Source: a virus. Taken from it: a stretch of DNA of 64,000 nt. Within the stretch, counting starts at the first letter, position 1; each line of letters starts with the position of its first letter. The notes beneath the pieces were generated by a model. That model did no database searches. It saw only the letters and a program-made list of their open reading frames with translations, and was not told where the DNA came from. This document shows, in pieces, positions 21,201-30,587 of this stretch. The stretch spans positions 90-64,089 of the IMG/VR virus record IMGVR_UViG_3300026290_000011. One strand, given 5' to 3'. A program made the translations under genes and the position numbers.

Positions 21201-21545
21201 ATGAATAATCTACTTTATAACAACTTAGGCGACTGGGGTTTATTACTTATTCCCTTTGTTGCGGGAATTTTTACAAGTTTTGCAACTGGTTTTTTTGACA
21301 CAATAACGCCGGAAAAAATTAAGAGCAAGGGGATATTATTACTTGTTTCATTTGGTATCGTGTTTTTAATAATGAACATATTCCCGTCATATTATACAGG
21401 GGAGATATACGAATATATATTCTGGTATATAATAAACTTATCGGTAGCGTGGTTGTATTATAAAATATTAGGCAAATATACTGTTGATTTAGTTTTTAGA
21501 AAATTCAAACAACAATTAAACGACAAGGTTAAGAATGTCGAATAA
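21201..21545 (+). CDS. Putative holin
   Basis: Three predicted TM segments; GGAGG RBS. Confidence 0.55.
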   Translation: MNNLLYNNLGDWGLLLIPFVAGIFTSFATGFFDTITPEKIKSKGILLLVSFGIVFLIMNIFPSYYTGEIYEYIFWYIINLSVAWLYYKILGKYTVDLVFRKFKQQLNDKVKNVE

Positions 21546-22044
21546 GCATTTATTATTACTCGCAATATTAGCTTTGTTTGTGTTCTCTATAATAGGGAAT
21601 ATACTTAATTATTGTAATCCTCCAGAACCTATAGTCAAAGAAACTATAAGAACTGTTACTAAGACAGACACCATAGTTCAAGTAAAGCCGTTTTATTTGA
21701 CTAAGATTAGTTCAAAACTTGACACTATATATATAGATAGTAAACCGATAACAACGGCAACAGCCGACACCCTAATTAAAGAAGATTCCAGTTCTATAAG
21801 GATAACTTACTTCTTTCCTCCGGTGAATAAGTTTGACGTAAATATGAAGATAAGGGAAAGAACTATAACAAGAATCGATTCAATATTTAAGACAATAGAA
21901 AAGACACTGCCCTATCAAGAATCATTCTTTGATAGATTTAGCGTATCGGTACAAGCCGGATTAGGGCAAGGATTAATCCATAAGAACATAGACGTTTATT
22001 ATGGAATAGGAATCTCATACAAAATAACGAGTCTGTTCAAATGA
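21535..22044 (+). CDS. Membrane-anchored lysis accessory (spanin-like)
   Basis: N-terminal TM, TDT-rich linker, C-terminal YYGIGISY beta-strand. Confidence 0.45.
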   Translation: MSNKHLLLLAILALFVFSIIGNILNYCNPPEPIVKETIRTVTKTDTIVQVKPFYLTKISSKLDTIYIDSKPITTATADTLIKEDSSSIRITYFFPPVNKFDVNMKIRERTITRIDSIFKTIEKTLPYQESFFDRFSVSVQAGLGQGLIHKNIDVYYGIGISYKITSLFK

Positions 22045-22311
22045 ACTCCAAAGAACTTTTAGACTTCATACTGAAAAATCAAGGTGATTATGAACGTTGT
22101 TTATATACAATCGAATCAGAACTATTGCTCCGACAAATACACACACTTGCTACAAATGATAGAAAATATGAACGAATTGACAAAGAATATCCTATTGTTA
22201 GACTTACTACTGATGAAAGCAAGGTTGAAGGGTGTAAGTGTAGAACATCTGATAAAGGAGAAAGAGGATGCTATTAGTGAATTTAAGTCTTCCGTACAAT
22301 TACATGGGTGA
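22041..22311 (+). CDS. Two overlapping same-strand ORFs (22041-22277, 22084-22311), possibly one frameshifted gene
   Basis: ATGA coupling for the first ORF. An (AC)4 at 22139-22146 would fuse them if one AC were added. Confidence 0.35.
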
Positions 22312-22852
22312 TGCAGTAGAAACATGTAAGAAGTTCAACATAAATACAAAGCTAAGACAAGCGCACTTCTTTTCGCAATTAGACCACGAAAGCGGAGGGT
22401 TTAGAAGTTTAGAAGAAAACCTAAATTATTCGGCAACTGGTTTAATGAAAACTTTTGGTAAATACTTTCCCGATAAATCAAAAGCATTAACGTATGAGCG
22501 CAAACCGGAAGCCATAGCAAGTTTAGTTTATGGTAATAGATTAGGCAACGGTAATGAAGCGTCGAGAGAGGGATGGACATATAGGGGACGTGGGTTTATA
22601 CAGTTGACGGGAAAAGATAACTACAAATCAGCATCAGAATATTTCAACATAGATTTAGTTAATGATCCCGATAAGGTTAAAGAAATGCCTTTTCAAATTA
22701 GCGGGTGGTTTTGGTTTAATAAGAATCTTAATTCGTTTGCAGATAAAGGAAGCGATATAGAGACTATTAAATTAATTACTCGAAGGATTAACGGCGGGTA
22801 CAACGGATTAGAAGACAGAATAATAAAGTTTAGGAAGTATTATGGTTTATAA
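22268..22852 (+). CDS. Endolysin, glycoside hydrolase family 19
   Basis: AHFFSQLDHESGGF, YRGRGFIQLTGKDNY, RRINGGYNGLEDR. Confidence 0.92.
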   Translation: MLLVNLSLPYNYMGDAVETCKKFNINTKLRQAHFFSQLDHESGGFRSLEENLNYSATGLMKTFGKYFPDKSKALTYERKPEAIASLVYGNRLGNGNEASREGWTYRGRGFIQLTGKDNYKSASEYFNIDLVNDPDKVKEMPFQISGWFWFNKNLNSFADKGSDIETIKLITRRINGGYNGLEDRIIKFRKYYGL

Positions 22853-22903
22853 ATTTATACCCGGTGGGTACTATAATACACAAAACTAAGTAAAATAAAC
22901 CCG

Positions 22904-23128
22904 ATGGGGTACAATATGAAAGATGAAAACATAAAACACGTTTGTCAAGATTGCGGAAAAAAGAATAATTGGGATCAGTTTTCGGTTTCTACTTGGTATA
23001 TAGGAATTTGTGATATATGTAAACAACAAAAATCTGTAACACAATTTAGGGATTTTTTCTATGGAAGAAAAAGACAGAAAGAAATGCGACTCGGTGGAAA
23101 AGCTAACAAAGTTAGGAGTTCCTCTTGA
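22904..23128 (+). CDS. Small Cys-rich (CxxC...CxxC) protein
   Basis: CQDC and CDIC. Confidence 0.5.
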   Translation: MGYNMKDENIKHVCQDCGKKNNWDQFSVSTWYIGICDICKQQKSVTQFRDFFYGRKRQKEMRLGGKANKVRSSS

Positions 23129-23261
23129 TTCTGCATTAGTTATTAACGGAGTAAGTAAAGACCTTTATCAGCAATATCTTAATGAAAAGTTAAAAGAAGA
23201 TATACCGGATGTTTTGAAAGATATATTTAAGTAAATATTTATTAATAAAACGGAATAACTT

Positions 23262-24269
23262 ATGCCAAAAGAACCTGGATTAAAAGGTCAGACGATTATA
23301 AAGTATCTTACTGAAAACCCCGAAACACCTACCACTACTTTATCAAGGATAATTTACAAGGACAACCCATCATTATTTAAGGACAGTGAAACGGTACGTG
23401 GTTTAATCAGATGCTATAGAGGCGCACATGGAGATAAAATATATGCTAAGGGTAAGTTCAATAGGAAAGTAGAAAAACCATTCTCATTCCCTAAATTGCC
23501 TGAAGGGATAACAAGTCTTAATGATTGGCATTTAGTCAAAATAACCGGAGATTATAAAATATTATTACTTGGTGATATACATATCCCTTATCACTCAAAA
23601 AGCGCAGTTGAAATAGCTGTTAAGGAAGGATTAAGAAGAAAGATAGATTTAATTTTACTCAACGGCGATATAGCTGATATTTTTTCATTAAGTAAATGGG
23701 AGAAAGACCCACGTCAAAGACAATTTGATAGAGAACTTGAAACGTGCATTCAGTTCTTTGAATGGTTAAGATATAAATTCCCTAAGGCACGAATAATATT
23801 TAAGAAAGGGAATCACGAAGAACGATATGAAAGTTATATGCAGATAAAAGCGAAAGAACTTTTAGGAGTCAATAAGTTCGAGTTTGAAAGCGTATTTGAA
23901 TTAGACCGATTAGGGATAGAATGTATCGGTGATAAAAAACCGATTAAGTTGAATGAGTTGGTTGTTATTCACGGACACGAATACAAATTTGCAATAAGCA
24001 ACCCGGTGAACCCGGCACGTGGACTTTATCTAAAGAGTAAAGTGAACACGGTTACACATCACTTCCATCAATCGAGCCAACATAGTGAAAAGAACATTGA
24101 GGACAAAGTTACTTCTTGTTGGTCTTTGGGATGTCTGTCTGAATTACACCCGGAATATATGCCTTTGAATAAATGGAATCACGGATTTGCTATAGTGGAA
24201 ACAATGGGCGATAAATTGTTTAATGTTTATTCTTATAAAATAATCGATAACAAAATATATTCGGAATAA
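23262..24269 (+). CDS. Calcineurin-like metallophosphoesterase with N-terminal helical domain
   Basis: GDIH, GDIAD, GNHE, HGHE, HHFH motifs. Confidence 0.88.
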   Translation: MPKEPGLKGQTIIKYLTENPETPTTTLSRIIYKDNPSLFKDSETVRGLIRCYRGAHGDKIYAKGKFNRKVEKPFSFPKLPEGITSLNDWHLVKITGDYKILLLGDIHIPYHSKSAVEIAVKEGLRRKIDLILLNGDIADIFSLSKWEKDPRQRQFDRELETCIQFFEWLRYKFPKARIIFKKGNHEERYESYMQIKAKELLGVNKFEFESVFELDRLGIECIGDKKPIKLNELVVIHGHEYKFAISNPVNPARGLYLKSKVNTVTHHFHQSSQHSEKNIEDKVTSCWSLGCLSELHPEYMPLNKWNHGFAIVETMGDKLFNVYSYKIIDNKIYSE

Positions 24270-24503
24270 TAATGAACACATTAAGGTTCCTGACTAAAGA
24301 AGACATAAGATTTTTAGAACTATGGCACTTAAAAGCCACCAAAGGAATTAGCACTTTGGAGTTTTTAGAAAGGATAAAGACTTTTAGGTGTCGTAGGTTT
24401 TATGTTAGAATTATCAACGGAACTCTTACTTAATTACATTTTCTCCGAGATGTATGAGAGTAGGGGCTATGGGGCTGAATAAGCCCCAAAGATTGAGGTA
24501 AAT

Positions 24504-27500
24504 ATGAAAAAACTACTTTTATTATTACTTATCCCTTATTTAATCTTTGCTCAAGATGTTTTGCGCTTAGGTGCGTATAACGGAACTACTTCTTATTGGT
24601 TTCAGACAGGGCAAACCAAAGACGGAGCAAGACTTTATTTTAATAAAGATAAACAGAAATATTATTACATCACAAATTTACTTGGCGAAAAAGATACTAT
24701 CCCTTTAGGGGTAGATACTGCGGGAAATTACACTTGGGCAGGTAAACATACTTTTAAGAATATAGTAACGTTTGACTCTACGGTCTATGCGGATTCAGGT
24801 CAATTTTGGGGAAGTAAATCATTCGTTCCCGGATGGGCTGGTTCAGGATGGAAACTTGACTATGGGATAACCGATAGTGGGCGTACAAGTCTTACCTTAG
24901 ATGATCTAACTATAAGGGGTAGATTATCGGTTTATGAATTATTAGTCCGGCAGATAAGAGCCGTAAACGGGAATTTATTTGTTACATCTTCGGCTAAGGT
25001 AAAAGAGATTAGCGGTGATGACATATTATTTGACGATCCTACCGAGAATAATTTATGCCCTTTTAGTGAGGGTGATTTATTACTTGCACAAAGATATGAC
25101 CCTTCGGGAGATTTGATAAGACAGGTTAAGGCAACTGTAATAAGTGTAAGCGGTGCATCGGTAGAGGTAAGTTACGATACGGGAGAATTTAGGAAAGGTG
25201 ATGAAGTTGTAAGAGTAGGTAATACAACCGATGCGACAAAAAGAGGCAGTATATACTTAAGTGCCGATGACGTAGGTTCGCCGTATATGATGGTGATTGA
25301 CGGAGTTAGTTCTTGGGCTGAATGGGGTTCGTTTGATAAAGTAAAAGTAATAGTAGGGAAAATAGACGGTGTTGTTCATCCATATTGGGGTGAATTATCG
25401 GGCTATGGATTATTAGCTGATAATGTTTACTTGGATAACGCTTATTTCAGAGGAGAGGCAGTATTTACTAACCCTGGAGATATTGCCGATTCGTTAAAGA
25501 ATTACCTTTCAATAAGTGCGAACTGGGATTCCTTAACTAACAGACCTACATATTTTAATACTCCATCGGGAAGCGGATTATTCCTTTCAGCTACACACAT
25601 GGGTTATTACACAGGCGGGGCTTGGAAAACCTATTGGGATAATTCGGGGAATATGGTTCTTGGAAATATAGGTGCAGGCGGTCAAGGATTTAGTTGGAAT
25701 CAATCAGCAGGCACGATGTCAATATCCGGTTCTTTGAAAATATTTAACAAACAAGAAATTTCAGATTCGTTAAAATTTTCTACTGTATTTAGACAAGCGA
25801 GTGCGCCTACAATACGACCGGATGGGACGAGTTTAAAAGACAACGATCTTTGGATTGATAGTGATGACAATAATAGAAGATATATTCGTTCAGGCGGTTC
25901 GTGGGTTTCTATAAGTGCGGGATGGATTAATCCTACGTGGACTTCAGGCACTTCTTTCCCAGGTTCGCCTGCTGAGGGAGATTGGCATTTCTGGACCGGT
26001 GCTGAGGGGACATATCGTAAAAATACGTGGTATCAATATGTAAGTTCAACTTGGACAGCAAGGGGTCTTTATGGTACCTACATAGATGACACCGGATTAT
26101 ACACAGGAACGGTCGTTGCAAATAATATTCTCGCTGGTACGGGTCTTATAAATAATCTTTCTGTGTTATCAACTTTAACGGTGGGTTCTGCAGGTACTGA
26201 CGGCTATATACAAAGTTACGGATGGAACGGTACGGTAAACGGATTCCAAATTAAAGGTGGCAGCACACCGACTATAAATTTAATCGGTGGTAGTTTTACA
26301 AGCTCAACTATTACAGGCGGGACGTTAAGTATAGGTTCTGGTAATAATATTTTCAAAGCAACATCAGACGGTATACAATTAGGACATGCAACATTTGGAA
26401 GTGCGCCTTTTAGAGTTACAATGGCGGGAGCTTTAACGGCGAGCAATGCAACAATAAGCGGTGGAACTATCGGTGGTTTTTCGATTGGAGGGAATTATTT
26501 TACATCTAATAATATGGGTTTATATTCGGGTGCAACTTCTATGTTGTTGCTCGGACATGCTACAGACTATGCAAGTGCAAAGATAGGTTTTAAGAATGAC
26601 GGAAGTGGTAAAGTAGCCAGTGGAAATTTTTATTGGGACGCTTCAGGTAATATAACGGCGAGTACAATTACTTTAACAAATAGCACAGGCACAGGAATAA
26701 ATTTAATAAGTGGTGAGTCGAAAAGTTCCGCAACGATGACTTACGCAAGAGGTGTAGCGGGAACTGAATCCGGTTATTGGCTTGGTGATTTTGGTGGAAC
26801 GCCGTTATTTTTTATAGGAAGTTCAGCAACAAAACATCTCAAGTATGACGATAGTGGCAATCTTTCAATGGTAGGAGGTACTATTACAGGCGGAACTATA
26901 CAGACGGCTACGGGTGGAAAAAGAATAACTATTCGGAGTGCTGAAAATAGAATGGATTATTGGAACGCTTCGGGAGATAATATAGGTGGGCTGATATATA
27001 ATGCGGCTGATGCAAATGGTTTGCAATTGTTTTCAATTGGACAGCTTTCTTTATTATCAGGTTATGATGACCTATCTTTATCTGGTAATAATATAAACAT
27101 AACCGGAGCGCCACTTAAACTTGATGTAGGTGGTCTTTATATGGATAATTTAGGTTATGGAACTGGAAAAATCTATTTTGGTTCAAGTGCAGATGTCAAT
27201 CTTTATAGAAGTGCAGCGAATACCTTAAAAACAGATGATGATTTTATATGTGAGAATATCTATTCACCGGGTAGTATAAATATAGGTACTCCCGCATCTA
27301 AGTATTTTACGGTGGATTCAGACGGAGCTATAACTAAAGTAAACAACACGGCTGCAAGTGGAAACCAATATAAAGTCTTGGCAAGTAATAATACAAGTTT
27401 CACACCAGTAACCTTAAGCAGTTCACACTTACCCAGTGAAGTAGTTTATACAAATACAGCGCAAACAATAAGCGGAGCAAAAACTTTATCGGGTGTGCAA

Positions 27501-27770
27501 TCATTTAGTAATGAAGTAAGAACAACAAATGTTTTAACGGTTTACGGAACGGGGTCTTATAGTGTTGCGGGATACAATGTAGTTACAGCAACTCCTCCAA
27601 GTTCAGGGCATACAATCACGTTAACGGGTATGGCAACGGGTCAAAATATATTTGTTACCAATACAAGCGGTTCGCTATCAATAACAATATGCGGTGTTAG
27701 TTTACCTGCAGGCAAATCTATGTACGCCAGGTATAACGGTAGTTCTTGGAATACGGTAATAGGGAATTAG
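24504..27770 (+). CDS. Long tail fibre-like protein with N-terminal signal peptide
   Basis: LDDLTIRGRLSVYEL and Gly/Thr-rich ITGGTI repeats typical of fibres; begins MKKLLLLLLIPYLIFA-Q. Confidence 0.7.
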   Translation: MKKLLLLLLIPYLIFAQDVLRLGAYNGTTSYWFQTGQTKDGARLYFNKDKQKYYYITNLLGEKDTIPLGVDTAGNYTWAGKHTFKNIVTFDSTVYADSGQFWGSKSFVPGWAGSGWKLDYGITDSGRTSLTLDDLTIRGRLSVYELLVRQIRAVNGNLFVTSSAKVKEISGDDILFDDPTENNLCPFSEGDLLLAQRYDPSGDLIRQVKATVISVSGASVEVSYDTGEFRKGDEVVRVGNTTDATKRGSIYLSADDVGSPYMMVIDGVSSWAEWGSFDKVKVIVGKIDGVVHPYWGELSGYGLLADNVYLDNAYFRGEAVFTNPGDIADSLKNYLSISANWDSLTNRPTYFNTPSGSGLFLSATHMGYYTGGAWKTYWDNSGNMVLGNIGAGGQGFSWNQSAGTMSISGSLKIFNKQEISDSLKFSTVFRQASAPTIRPDGTSLKDNDLWIDSDDNNRRYIRSGGSWVSISAGWINPTWTSGTSFPGSPAEGDWHFWTGAEGTYRKNTWYQYVSSTWTARGLYGTYIDDTGLYTGTVVANNILAGTGLINNLSVLSTLTVGSAGTDGYIQSYGWNGTVNGFQIKGGSTPTINLIGGSFTSSTITGGTLSIGSGNNIFKATSDGIQLGHATFGSAPFRVTMAGALTASNATISGGTIGGFSIGGNYFTSNNMGLYSGATSMLLLGHATDYASAKIGFKNDGSGKVASGNFYWDASGNITASTITLTNSTGTGINLISGESKSSATMTYARGVAGTESGYWLGDFGGTPLFFIGSSATKHLKYDDSGNLSMVGGTITGGTIQTATGGKRITIRSAENRMDYWNASGDNIGGLIYNAADANGLQLFSIGQLSLLSGYDDLSLSGNNINITGAPLKLDVGGLYMDNLGYGTGKIYFGSSADVNLYRSAANTLKTDDDFICENIYSPGSINIGTPASKYFTVDSDGAITKVNNTAASGNQYKVLASNNTSFTPVTLSSSHLPSEVVYTNTAQTISGAKTLSGVQSFSNEVRTTNVLTVYGTGSYSVAGYNVVTATPPSSGHTITLTGMATGQNIFVTNTSGSLSITICGVSLPAGKSMYARYNGSSWNTVIGN

Positions 27771-27915
27771 TTGTGTAAAATGAATAAAAAATTTATTATA
27801 TTAAAAGTGCTTAAAAGTTGTCAAAACATTATTAGCTCGAAGTGTTTTATATCCGTGAGGATATAAGTCGGTTGACAAGCCGAAGCACACTTCGGGTTAA
27901 AATACGAGGTCTAAA

Positions 27916-28452
27916 ATGAAAAAATATTTATTCTTTTTTTTAATGTTGGTTTTACTCGCTTGTGGTCAAGAAATAAATGCTCCAGAGTCAAAACAAGGGG
28001 AAGCAGAAAAAACGAACATTAGCAGGAATGGTGTAGATACCCTAACTTTAGAGCGCATAAACTTTTCTAATTCGACCAGCAGTCTATATGGTTATCACGA
28101 TGGGGTCTTTGGTCATGTAATAATTGATGCGAATTCCATCATAGTAAAATCAGCCCTTAAATTTATGATTAAAGGTGCATCCCAAACATTCGGGACTTTC
28201 GAAGTAGACAATGCAAAATTTTTAATCAGTGCTGATGGTGAATTAACAAAAGTAAACGATTTGCACGCTTCTGAGTACAAGGGCTATATAATAAAGAGTG
28301 ATGGAGACAGTTTTACTCCTCAAAGAGTCGCAATGTGGAGAGGTGAACTTTACGAAGACCCTTTAGACGGAGCGAGTGGAGACACTTATTACAATTTGCC
28401 AACAAACAAAGAAAGAATATTTGTAAAAAATAATTGGCAAGACAGAAAATAG
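27916..28452 (+). CDS. Lipoprotein with a segment similar to the fibre tip
   Basis: Lipobox LLA-C; DGELTKVN...SFTP matches DGAITKVN...SFTP in 24504-27770. Confidence 0.65.
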   Translation: MKKYLFFFLMLVLLACGQEINAPESKQGEAEKTNISRNGVDTLTLERINFSNSTSSLYGYHDGVFGHVIIDANSIIVKSALKFMIKGASQTFGTFEVDNAKFLISADGELTKVNDLHASEYKGYIIKSDGDSFTPQRVAMWRGELYEDPLDGASGDTYYNLPTNKERIFVKNNWQDRK

Positions 28453-28481
28453 TAAAATAGGAAGTAGTAAGTTTTAGTATA

Positions 28482-28545
28482 ATCGGTAATTCGATAAAAA
28501 GAAGCCGATATTGGACGATGTAAGTCCGGTATCGGTTTTTTTATT
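28482..28545 (+). promoter_or_regulatory. Conserved leader hairpin plus overlapping intrinsic terminator, copy 3
   Basis: ATCGG-TAA-TTC-GATAAAAA-GAA-G-CCGAT, then AGCCGATATTGGAC/GTCCGGTATCGGTT-TTTTT. Confidence 0.75.
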
Positions 28546-28568
28546 TTTAAATAAAAAACGGAGAAAAA

Positions 28569-28817
28569 ATGAAGAAGTTATTAGTAATATTTTTTATAGC
28601 AGTTAGCATTTACGGACAAACAGACAGTTTAAAAGCACACCTTCAACAAGTAGCTTATGAAGAAATGAGGGTTAACATAAGAGTAATGGAAGTTAAGAGT
28701 ACAATTTTTGACCTACAGGAAGAACTTAAGGAATTATACAAATACAAAGACATTATAGACCGCAGAAAAAAAGAAGTAGAACTATTAATACTACAGGGGA
28801 AAGATAAGGAGAAATAA
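28569..28817 (+). CDS. Secreted coiled-coil protein
   Basis: Signal peptide MKKLLVIFFIAVSIYG-Q; GGAG RBS. Confidence 0.6.
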   Translation: MKKLLVIFFIAVSIYGQTDSLKAHLQQVAYEEMRVNIRVMEVKSTIFDLQEELKELYKYKDIIDRRKKEVELLILQGKDKEK

Positions 28818-28819
28818 CA

Positions 28820-29422
28820 ATGGGACGCAGAGAGGATATTTGGAACAAGACGTGGGCAGTAAACCCAACGGCTGCAAATAGGTTTGATAATTACGATACA
28901 CCTTTTAATTACAGTAATATGAGCAGTATTCTTGACCAAATTTATGACAGGAATAAAGGTGATGTGATTAAACAGGGTAATATGGCTTCGTCAAAAGCGA
29001 AACGAGGTTCATTAGCGAGGTTATCCTCTCAAGGAATTACGGGCGGAAGTACGTTTATGGATTATATGAATAATGCTGATGCAGACATACTTGACCAAAC
29101 CCAAAGTGTATTAGGGCAGTTAGGCACAAATAGAATGGCTCAAAGTGTACCTTTAATGCAAATGGAAAACCAAAATAAGTTTAACGTTACACAGGCGGGG
29201 CAGAGTACAGACTTTCAGAACATAATGAACGAACTTAGAAAAATGGGCATATTGCAAGGGCAGGTAAACGATTGGGAACAAATGGATATGCAGAGAGATG
29301 CACAGCCGGGATTCTTAGACGATTTATTTAGCGGGTTAGGATTAGTCACACAGGTATTAAGCATACCTACAGGGGAAAACACTAATGTTTTAACAGAATT
29401 ATTTCCTTCGTTAAAGGGGTAA
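28820..29422 (+). CDS. Putative ejection (internal virion) protein 1
   Basis: Gln/Met/Gly-rich, ARLSSQGITGGS, amphipathic C-terminus; precedes the giant protein. Confidence 0.55.
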   Translation: MGRREDIWNKTWAVNPTAANRFDNYDTPFNYSNMSSILDQIYDRNKGDVIKQGNMASSKAKRGSLARLSSQGITGGSTFMDYMNNADADILDQTQSVLGQLGTNRMAQSVPLMQMENQNKFNVTQAGQSTDFQNIMNELRKMGILQGQVNDWEQMDMQRDAQPGFLDDLFSGLGLVTQVLSIPTGENTNVLTELFPSLKG

Positions 29423-29425
29423 GAT

Positions 29426-30577
29426 ATGGCAGGTAATTTATTTAGAGCGACACAAAGGACGGGCGGACTTCAGCCGGTATTAGATTTATTCCGTTCCATT
29501 CAACAAGAGAGAGAGAAAAAAGATTACTACAACAATTTAGCCGATTTAGCGGGTAGGACACAGAGAAATATATCTGAGATAAAAGGCGGGTTTGACCCGA
29601 ATATGACTTTTATGCCTGGGCGTGGAAGTTCTGTAAACCAAGCGCAACCTTTTGACACAAAGAATCTTTTAGGTATTGATCCTAATCTTATTTCTGATAC
29701 GCCTCAAGTACCCTTAAGACCATCAAGACCTCAAGAACCGCAAATAGATGCAGGCACACCGGGAGATTATCTTTTGGGAGATGCTTTACTAAACCAAGAG
29801 GGAACTGGTTACGACAGAAAGAAAATGTATAACTTAGCCGGGGATGAACTAAGAAACAGTTTACTCCAAATGATAAGCGATGAGAATGCGGATTTACCAA
29901 GAGTTAATGCGTTAGGGAATTTGTTGGGTAACGAAGTGGCGAGTATGAAGCCGGGACAAATGACACCGATAAATCAAAATGTAAAAGCATTTATTGATGA
30001 TGACGGAAAGATAGTTCAGAATCCTTTTTATGAAAGGACTACATCACAAAGAAATCCTTTAAGTAAAGTTGGCAACGATGGATATATCCACCATTGGGAC
30101 GAGAACGAAAATAAATATACGAAAACCAACTTAAGAGCTAAGGAAGAAAAGACCGAGAAGGTAGAAAAATTACCGGATGTTTCTAAAAATATTGCCGAAG
30201 CAAGAGAAGGAATTAAAAAGATTAAGGACTTAAAATCTACAAGGAAAGCAACGGATAAAGGTAGCGAGTATAGAATAACCGGAGAAGAAAGAGGAGAAAC
30301 TGGTTATAAGAAAGGTAAACTTTATCCTATAAACGAAGAAGAATTTGGGAAACGTAGAAATAAATTAAAACAGCAATATACCAAACCGATTATTGAAGCC
30401 GTTCAGAAAAGAGGTTTACAAGAAGCTATTGACGTAATTAGAGAAGAATCCGAAAAGAGGGGTATGAAATCTTTAGATAAAATAGAAAACGCAATAGATA
30501 GTTTCATAAGAGTAAACCCGGATTACAGCACAGACAAAGAAACGTTAAAAGCATATTTTGAATTATTCTTGCTTTGA
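29426..30577 (+). CDS. Putative ejection (internal virion) protein 2
   Basis: Position and composition typical of podovirus pilot proteins. Confidence 0.5.
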   Translation: MAGNLFRATQRTGGLQPVLDLFRSIQQEREKKDYYNNLADLAGRTQRNISEIKGGFDPNMTFMPGRGSSVNQAQPFDTKNLLGIDPNLISDTPQVPLRPSRPQEPQIDAGTPGDYLLGDALLNQEGTGYDRKKMYNLAGDELRNSLLQMISDENADLPRVNALGNLLGNEVASMKPGQMTPINQNVKAFIDDDGKIVQNPFYERTTSQRNPLSKVGNDGYIHHWDENENKYTKTNLRAKEEKTEKVEKLPDVSKNIAEAREGIKKIKDLKSTRKATDKGSEYRITGEERGETGYKKGKLYPINEEEFGKRRNKLKQQYTKPIIEAVQKRGLQEAIDVIREESEKRGMKSLDKIENAIDSFIRVNPDYSTDKETLKAYFELFLL

Positions 30578-30587
30578 GGGATAAGAA

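Noticed and set aside
24504-27770. Diversity-generating retroelement acting on the fibre tip
   Set aside because: No reverse transcriptase and no nucleotide-level TR/VR pair with adenine-specific differences; the lipoprotein match is only at protein level.
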